The notes under the pieces were generated by a model that was not told where the DNA came from, did no database searches, and worked only from the letters and a program-made list of their open reading frames with translations. Both the position numbers and the translations under genes were made by a program. DNA of 64,000 nucleotides, taken from contig NZ_CANMAU010000001.1 of NCBI RefSeq assembly GCF_947495925.1, positions 537,523-601,522 of the forward strand, in the 5' to 3' direction. Source of the DNA: an uncultured Algibacter sp. (GTDB lineage Bacteria; Bacteroidota; Bacteroidia; Flavobacteriales; Flavobacteriaceae). Shown here in pieces: positions 58,268 to 64,000 of this stretch (position 1 is the stretch's first letter; each line of letters opens with the position of its first letter).

Positions 58268-58654
58268 TTACTTAAATGCTTCATCAACTGGTTCCCATAA
58301 TTCAATTTTGTTACCATCATTATCTAAAATCCAACCAAACTTTCCATATTCATACTCTTCTACTTCTCCTACAACAGTAACACCTTCCTTTTCTAAAACT
58401 TTCAATAATTCTTGCAAATTTTCTACACGATAATTAAACATGAACTCTTTTTTTGAAGGCTCATAGTATGTAGTGTCTTCTGGAAACGGGCTCCATTGTG
58501 TTGAGCATTTATTCCCATTTTCATCTTTCCACCAAAATGTACATCCATAGTCGTCTGTATTGAAACCTAAGTGTTTTTCATACCATGCTTTGGAAGCCTT
58601 TGGATCTTTAGTTTTGAAAAACAGACCTCCAATTCCTGTGACACGCTTTTTCAT
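58268..58654 (-). CDS. VOC-family (glyoxalase/bleomycin-resistance fold) protein
   Basis: It is 128 aa, with GIGGLFFKTKDPKASKAWYEKHLGF and the C-terminal DNDGNKIELWEP block. Confidence 0.75.
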   Translation of the reverse strand: MKKRVTGIGGLFFKTKDPKASKAWYEKHLGFNTDDYGCTFWWKDENGNKCSTQWSPFPEDTTYYEPSKKEFMFNYRVENLQELLKVLEKEGVTVVGEVEEYEYGKFGWILDNDGNKIELWEPVDEAFK

Positions 58655-59115
58655 TTTTTACTTTTTTTTCTTGAATTTTCATAGATGTTAATCCATTCTT
58701 TTGCATTTACTTTTGTTGTTAACTCCCCAATAAGTTCAAAAGGAATATCATCCATTCTCTTAAACCTAATACAGCTTTTACCCATATCCAACTTATACTT
58801 GCAACGCTTAGCATACTCTGGAGTAAACCAATCCATAACATCAGGTTTTGCATAAAGCACCATGCTATAAACAGCCACAAAGTTTTTTTGCGATGCTAAA
58901 TTCATAAAAGGTAATGGTAATTTGGGATCACAATGATAACCATCCGGATAAACCGTATGGGGGATAACATAACCCAGCATACCATAATTCATTGCCTCTT
59001 CTATACCCTCTGGCAGATTATCTAAAATTTGCTGTCTTAGTTTCTCAACTGGAACTTTTCTATCTTCGGGTAATTCCGCGATGTATTGCTTTGGTGTTGT
59101 TGCTTTTGACTGCAT
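58651..59115 (-). CDS. DUF1801 (YdhG-like) domain protein
   Basis: It is 154 aa and starts TPKQYIAELPEDRK. It overlaps the downstream VOC gene by 4 nt. I assigned the family from memory. Confidence 0.55.
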   Translation of the reverse strand: MQSKATTPKQYIAELPEDRKVPVEKLRQQILDNLPEGIEEAMNYGMLGYVIPHTVYPDGYHCDPKLPLPFMNLASQKNFVAVYSMVLYAKPDVMDWFTPEYAKRCKYKLDMGKSCIRFKRMDDIPFELIGELTTKVNAKEWINIYENSRKKSKK

Positions 59116-59146
59116 ACTTTATATACTTTTTTGAAAGTATATAAAG

Positions 59147-60082
59147 TTAGCAAAATTTAACTTTTATTTTATCCACTATAGTTTGCGCTAGTTTTTCTTT
59201 ACTCTCAACAGTCCATCCAGCAACATGTGGAGAGAGTAAAACATTTTCAGAATCTACCAGATACTGGAACGCCTCGGGTAGTTGAGAAGAAAATAAAGTT
59301 TCAAATGAAGCTTTTTCATATTCTAAAACATCAAGTCCTGCGCCTAGTATTTTACCTGATTTTAAAGCTGAAACTAAATCTTTTGTCACCACACTTTTTC
59401 CTCGTGCCGTATTAATTAACCAGAATGGTTTTTTAAACTGATTAACAAAATCGATGTTAATCATATTAAGTGTTAAAGGCGTTTGGGGTGTATGCAAGCT
59501 CACAACATCCACCCGTTCCTGAAATTCTTGTAATGTTACCTGAGTAGCGTTTGTATCGCTAACTTGATCTTTAATATCGTAACAAAGCACTTCAACATCA
59601 AAACCTTTTAGTTTTTTTGCAAAAGCTTTCCCCATGTTTCCATACCCAATAAGACCAATGGTTCTGCCATCTAGTTCTATTCCTCTGTTTACTTCCCTTA
59701 ACCATCTACCAGATTTTACTTCAGCATCAGCTTTGTTAAGCTTATTAAATAATGATAATAACATTCCTAAAGCATGTTCGCCCACGGCATTTCTATTGCC
59801 TTCTGGAGCAGATATAAGATAAACTCCTTTAGATTCCGCATAACCACAGTCTATGTTTTCTAAACCCGCACCAACACGACCAATAAACTTCAAATTCGTC
59901 GCAGCATCTAAAAACTGTTTATCCACGGTAAACCGGCTACGTAAAACAATACCGTCATAATCTTGAATTTTGGTTTCTACTTCTGATTTTGAAGATGTGT
60001 AGTCTTCATGATTTACATACCCCAGGGCATTCAATTGATGTATTAATAGCTCGTGATTTGTGTCTAGGTGAAGGATTTTCAT
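59147..60082 (-). CDS. D-isomer-specific 2-hydroxyacid dehydrogenase (phosphoglycerate-dehydrogenase-like)
   Basis: It has the NAD motif GLIGYGNMGKAFAKKL, a catalytic Arg in NTARG, and a catalytic His in SPHVAGWT. Confidence 0.85.
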   Translation of the reverse strand: MKILHLDTNHELLIHQLNALGYVNHEDYTSSKSEVETKIQDYDGIVLRSRFTVDKQFLDAATNLKFIGRVGAGLENIDCGYAESKGVYLISAPEGNRNAVGEHALGMLLSLFNKLNKADAEVKSGRWLREVNRGIELDGRTIGLIGYGNMGKAFAKKLKGFDVEVLCYDIKDQVSDTNATQVTLQEFQERVDVVSLHTPQTPLTLNMINIDFVNQFKKPFWLINTARGKSVVTKDLVSALKSGKILGAGLDVLEYEKASFETLFSSQLPEAFQYLVDSENVLLSPHVAGWTVESKEKLAQTIVDKIKVKFC

Positions 60083-60149
60083 TTGTTATAAAAATAAAGT
60101 TTAAAAGTAAAAAGAATGCGATCTTGAAACAAGTAAGGCGGAACGATTA

Positions 60150-61526
60150 TTATATACCAAGAATCAATTTGGCAATCATAAAGTAGATTAATATTCCAAA
60201 AATATCGTTACTTGTTGTAATAAAAGGCCCTGTTGCAATGGCGGGATCAATACCCCGTTTGTTTAAGAATAGCGGCACAAAGGTACCTATTAAGCCTGCA
60301 ACAATAATGACCATAACAAGTGACACCGAAATGGCCAAAGCTGTGTTTAATGAGCCTTCTGTAACCCAAACAAACAAAAACAAAAACAATGCTAAAATTA
60401 AACCGTTAAGTGCGGCAAGGAGCATTTCTTTTATTAATCGGCTATTTATACTTCCTTTTACATCATCGTTTGCTAAACCTTGAACGATAATGGCACTTGA
60501 CTGTACACCAACATTTCCTGCCATAGCTGCAATTAATGGGGTAAAAAAGAACAGTACAGCATATTTATTAAAAACACCTTTAAATCCTTCCATAATTAAA
60601 AAGGCCCCTATACCTCCTACAAGACCAAGGAATAACCAGGGTAAACGCGCTTTGGTAAGTTCAAGAATCGTATCATCTGAATCGACATCACCAGTAATAC
60701 CTGCGGCCATTTGGTAATCTTTGTCGGCTTCCTCTTTCATAACATCTACGATGTCGTCAATGGTAATTCGACCCAAAAGCACTTTGTTATCATCACTTTC
60801 AATAACGGGTATAGCTTCCAAATCATATTTCGCCATGATTTTCGCTATTTCCTCAACATCTTCGTTAACGTTAACATAATCGACATTAACCTTAACTAAT
60901 TCTGAAATTTTCTGATCACTTTTAGCAATTATTAAATCCTTTAAAGAGAGGCGTCCAACAAGTTTTTCTTCTTTATCTACAACATAAATAGAGTGTACTC
61001 GTGTAACCTCTTTAGCCTGACCTCGTATCCTCCGCATGCACCCAGCTACCGTCCAAGTTTCATATACTTTTACGAGCTCTTTTGCCATAAGTCCGCCCGC
61101 TGTATCTTCATCATAGGTTAAAAGCTCCTTAATTTCTGCTTTATGTTCCTCATCTTCAATTTGGGCTATTACGGCTTGCTGACGCTCTTCGGGTAATTCT
61201 AAGATTATATCTGCAGCATCATCGGTATCTAGCTCTTCCACTTCTTCAGCAATTTCTTTGGCTGAAAGACTTTTTAGAACTTTTTCCCGAATGTCTTCAT
61301 CTAACTCCGTTAATATATCTGAAGTGGTATCTGAATCTAGAAGTTTAATAACATATATGGCTTGTTCTAGATCTAACTCATCTAAAATTTCAGCAATATC
61401 AGCGTAATGAAACTCGTCAAATAACTTCTTTAGTTCTTTATCGTTTTCTTCTTCGATAAATAATTCAACCTGCTCAATGAGTTCATCAGTTAATTGAAAT
61501 TGTATGTTTTCGCTTTCTTCTGACAA
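60150..61526 (-). CDS. mgtE: Magnesium transporter MgtE
   Basis: It has an acidic N domain, tandem CBS domains, and the C-terminal TM domain with DPAIATGPFITTSNDIFGILIYF. Confidence 0.9.
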   Translation of the reverse strand: MSEESENIQFQLTDELIEQVELFIEEENDKELKKLFDEFHYADIAEILDELDLEQAIYVIKLLDSDTTSDILTELDEDIREKVLKSLSAKEIAEEVEELDTDDAADIILELPEERQQAVIAQIEDEEHKAEIKELLTYDEDTAGGLMAKELVKVYETWTVAGCMRRIRGQAKEVTRVHSIYVVDKEEKLVGRLSLKDLIIAKSDQKISELVKVNVDYVNVNEDVEEIAKIMAKYDLEAIPVIESDDNKVLLGRITIDDIVDVMKEEADKDYQMAAGITGDVDSDDTILELTKARLPWLFLGLVGGIGAFLIMEGFKGVFNKYAVLFFFTPLIAAMAGNVGVQSSAIIVQGLANDDVKGSINSRLIKEMLLAALNGLILALFLFLFVWVTEGSLNTALAISVSLVMVIIVAGLIGTFVPLFLNKRGIDPAIATGPFITTSNDIFGILIYFMIAKLILGI

Positions 61527-61546
61527 ATGGAAAAGTTTAATATGTT

Positions 61547-62341
61547 TTATTCGTCTTTTTCAATTAATAAGGTGAGTTCAATAAATTCTTGAACGTTTAA
61601 TTGCTCTGGACGTTTGCCAAATATACTATTTGCTTTTAAATTATCAGATAAATTGAATGTTTTTAAACTGTTACGAAGTGTTTTTCTACGTTGCTGGAAT
61701 GCTGTCTTCACCGTTCTAAAAAACAGTTTTTCATCGCAGGGGAGGGCGTAATTTTCTTTCCTAACAAGTCTGAGAACTCCAGAATCTACCTTTGGAGGCG
61801 GGTTAAAAACATTAGGGGGCACGGTAAATAAATATTCGGCATCATAAAATGCTTGTGTTAAAACTGAGAGAATCCCATAAACCTTACTACCTTCTTTTGA
61901 ACATATACGCTGCGCCACTTCCTTTTGAAACATGCCTGAAAATTCCGGAATTTGGTCGCGCATTTCTAAGGTCTTAAACACTATTTGAGTAGAAATATTG
62001 TAGGGGAAATTTCCAATTATAGCAAAAGGTTCATGTTTAAGTACCTCATTCAAATCATACTTTAAAAAGTCTTTTTCTATGATTCTTGGTGCTAAATTTA
62101 AATAATTAGCTTGTAAATATTCTACCGATTCCGTGTCAATTTCAACAACATAGGTGGTCATATCCTTTTTAAGCAAATACTTGGTAAGCACACCCATTCC
62201 CGGACCAATTTCCAAAACATTTTTATAATGCTTTAAGGTTAAGGTATCAGCTATTCGTTCTGCCACACTTTCATCATTCAAAAAATGTTGCCCTAAATGC
62301 TTTTTTGCTTTTACCGAATGTTGGTTGGGGTTATATGCCAC
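61547..62341 (-). CDS. rsmA: 16S rRNA (adenine1518/1519-N6)-dimethyltransferase
   Basis: It has LGQHFL, the SAM motif [12 protein letters not shown], and NFPYNIST. Confidence 0.9.
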   Translation of the reverse strand: MAYNPNQHSVKAKKHLGQHFLNDESVAERIADTLTLKHYKNVLEIGPGMGVLTKYLLKKDMTTYVVEIDTESVEYLQANYLNLAPRIIEKDFLKYDLNEVLKHEPFAIIGNFPYNISTQIVFKTLEMRDQIPEFSGMFQKEVAQRICSKEGSKVYGILSVLTQAFYDAEYLFTVPPNVFNPPPKVDSGVLRLVRKENYALPCDEKLFFRTVKTAFQQRRKTLRNSLKTFNLSDNLKANSIFGKRPEQLNVQEFIELTLLIEKDE

Positions 62342-62395
62342 GAATTCAAAGAAATTATATTGTTAATAGTTCTTCAACTTAAGTACAAATCTAAA

Positions 62396-62719
62396 CTATT
62401 TAAAGTTTACCGTGTATTCGTCTATAATTTGAAGTTCTGTCCTAAAAGCAAGCATTTTATCGGCAAACTTCTTTAAAGCTTCACTTCTAAATTTTGGCGC
62501 ATCTTCTTTATAAAAAGCATCTAAAGCTTCTCTGGAGTATGATTTATACTGAATTGAATATGTAACTCCTCCCATATCTTCTTCAACCAAAACTCTAGTT
62601 AAAGTCGCTTTTTCGAATTTCCCTGTCCCTAAAACTTGTGGTATATGCTCTTTAATCCATATAAGCCATTCGTCGTGAATTGATTCCTCTATATTGGCCG
62701 TTACATTATATATGTACAT
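62396..62719 (-). CDS. DUF4286-family protein (tentative)
   Basis: It is 107 aa and starts MYIYNVTANIEESIHDEWLIWIKEHIP. I assigned the family from memory. Confidence 0.5.
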   Translation of the reverse strand: MYIYNVTANIEESIHDEWLIWIKEHIPQVLGTGKFEKATLTRVLVEEDMGGVTYSIQYKSYSREALDAFYKEDAPKFRSEALKKFADKMLAFRTELQIIDEYTVNFK

Positions 62720-62721
62720 AA

Positions 62722-63231
62722 TTATAAGTTTTTTGCAAATAACAGGAGTTCTTCGCCATCTGCAAAGGGCTTTACCTTTTTTTCATAATTTAAACCCAAT
62801 TTTTCTATAAGTCCGATAGATTTTTCATTCTCTGGATTTATAATAGCAACTATTCTTTGAAGCTTGAAGGCCTCTTTAGCTAGTTTTATAGTTGCAGTCG
62901 CAGACTCATAACCAAAACCTTTGCTTTCATATTCTGGTAAAAATGCGAAACCAATATCTACATCATCTAAGGTATCTCTTTTTATGAGTCCACAAGTGCC
63001 GATAGATTTATTATTTTCTTCCTTTAATTGAATTTTGTAGAACCCAAAACCATGTGTTTCATAACTTTTAAAATGACCGCTAATGATTTTCTGTTCTGCA
63101 TCCTTAAGTGTTTTGACATTTTTATCTCCAATGAATTTTATCCAATGTGGCGAATTCACTAATTCAAAAAAGAATGGTGCATCTTTAAGCGTAAATTTTG
63201 ATAATATTAGGCGTGGTGTTTCGGCTATCAT
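62722..63231 (-). CDS. GNAT-family N-acetyltransferase (RimJ/RimL-like)
   Basis: It is 169 aa with the EYESKGFGYESATA acetyl-CoA block. Confidence 0.75.
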   Translation of the reverse strand: MIAETPRLILSKFTLKDAPFFFELVNSPHWIKFIGDKNVKTLKDAEQKIISGHFKSYETHGFGFYKIQLKEENNKSIGTCGLIKRDTLDDVDIGFAFLPEYESKGFGYESATATIKLAKEAFKLQRIVAIINPENEKSIGLIEKLGLNYEKKVKPFADGEELLLFAKNL

Positions 63232-63232
63232 T

Positions 63233-64000
63233 TTATGAGTTTATAGCATCGCCTCGTAAGGTTCTAAACCGTTTTCTAGCCTCAACAAAATAGATGCTAT
63301 CTGCATGATTAAATATGATTTTTTCATACAACAACTTTGCCTTCTCTGGCTGATTGAGTTGTTTCTCATATATTTCAGCCAAATGAAAATAAGCATCATC
63401 AATTAAAACACCATCTCTATAATTTGCAATGATCGCTTCATAATTAACTAGAGCTTTTTCGAACTGTAATTTAATCTCAAATAGTTGAGCTTGTTTATAT
63501 AAGGCCTGTGCTATTATGGGCTCTGTTTTATGCTCATCTAAAATTCTATGAAGTAATTCTATAGCCTCATCATTTCTATTCTGAAAAGATAATAAATCTG
63601 CTTTTGCGTAAAGCTTTAAGGCCGTTTGAAGTGAGTCTTCATATTTGTTATCTGAAATCAATAATTTCAAATCTAAGGCATCATTCGCAATGAGTTGTGA
63701 TGTTGAAGCCTTTAAAATTTTAAGTTGAGATTCTGCCCATTTAAAATCGCCCTTATAGTAACTGGTTTTTGCTACCTTAAAACGTGCTTCTTGAGCAATC
63801 GTGCTGTTTTTAAGATTACGTTGAATTTGCGTAAAATAAATAAGGGCTTTATTAAAATGTTCCTTTAAAACTAAAACATCCCCAAGCTTTAACTTAACCT
63901 GTGCCTTTTCCATTCTACTTAAAGGTTCCTTCAACGTTTCTTCTAAAAAAGATATAGCCACATTAGTTTCTTCCATATAAAACGCCAAAAAATGGGCATA
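63233..64000 (-). CDS. TPR-repeat protein, 5-prime end outside the window
   Basis: It has repeated A/Y/F-rich 34-aa TPR helices (ALYKQAQLFE, AYFHLAEIYEK). The reading frame stays open up to position 64000, so the track start (TTG at 63988) is not the true start. Confidence 0.7.
   Translation of the reverse strand, partial: YAHFLAFYMEETNVAISFLEETLKEPLSRMEKAQVKLKLGDVLVLKEHFNKALIYFTQIQRNLKNSTIAQEARFKVAKTSYYKGDFKWAESQLKILKASTSQLIANDALDLKLLISDNKYEDSLQTALKLYAKADLLSFQNRNDEAIELLHRILDEHKTEPIIAQALYKQAQLFEIKLQFEKALVNYEAIIANYRDGVLIDDAYFHLAEIYEKQLNQPEKAKLLYEKIIFNHADSIYFVEARKRFRTLRGDAINS

Noticed and set aside
60238-60899. Three antisense ORFs lie inside mgtE. Similar short antisense ORFs elsewhere in the track include 405-798, 2632-3094, 16341-16556, 19034-19989, 25625-26137, 30029-30301, 39966-40322, 42086-42268, 45663-45944, 49190-49456 and 59227-60186.
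   Set aside because: All are fully embedded opposite strongly supported genes. They are 60-118 aa, have no motifs, and have the composition expected from the reverse complement of coding sequence.
1-64000. I searched by eye for CRISPR arrays, rRNA/tRNA genes, IS elements, integrases, phage genes and toxin-antitoxin or defence-like cassettes.
   Set aside because: I found no regularly spaced direct repeats, no cloverleaf-compatible segments and no transposase, integrase or nuclease-like ORFs. Every long ORF has a plausible housekeeping, envelope or carbohydrate role. A covariance-model scan (tRNAscan/Infernal) would be needed to exclude small ncRNAs.

Overview
This is an AT-rich chromosomal segment (about one-third G+C by eye, not computed). 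It looks like a Flavobacteriia (Bacteroidota) genome: it has a SusC/SusD pair, a hybrid two-component regulator, lipoproteins with Bacteroidota-type export signals, and a TTG/TAnnTTTG-type promoter. I call 45 protein genes. I recognised no rRNA, tRNA, CRISPR array, transposase, integrase or phage genes. Layout: (1) 20-3975 holds a membrane-anchored AraC regulator plus two secreted hydrolases. (2) 4202-14944 is a nitrogen-assimilation island, with porin-amt and glnK-amt on the minus strand divergent from gltBD. (3) 15008-27232 is housekeeping and envelope genes: nadD, gmk, yicC, an Omp85-like barrel, an orphan sulfatase, fbp, aspartate kinase, an OlsF-like aminolipid synthase. (4) 27219-28717 is an ArsR / Cys-rich DUF / ArsC-like mini-operon with no arsenite pump. 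(5) 29595-56689 is a ~27-kb bipartite polysaccharide utilization locus (PUL). Its plus arm is HTCS regulator, susC, susD, two tandem ~1100-aa twin-propeller FG-GAP/ASPIC lipoproteins, a GH9-like protein and a GH3. It converges on a minus-strand operon of GPH symporter, cytoplasmic GH94 phosphorylase and GH3. (6) 57011-64000 is housekeeping (TM2, TauE, VOC, DUF1801, 2-hydroxyacid dehydrogenase, mgtE, rsmA, GNAT, a TPR gene cut by the window edge). The best candidate for something undescribed is the PUL. It has no canonical endo-glucanase, two giant Ca-loop propeller lipoproteins of unknown function, a divergent GH9-like enzyme with an unknown N-terminal module, and a symporter with a ~90-aa periplasmic insert feeding a GH94 phosphorylase. 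Secondary leads are the pump-less ars-like operon and a pair of GC-core palindromes in the divergent nitrogen promoter region. All family calls come from motif recognition by eye; no database search was run.
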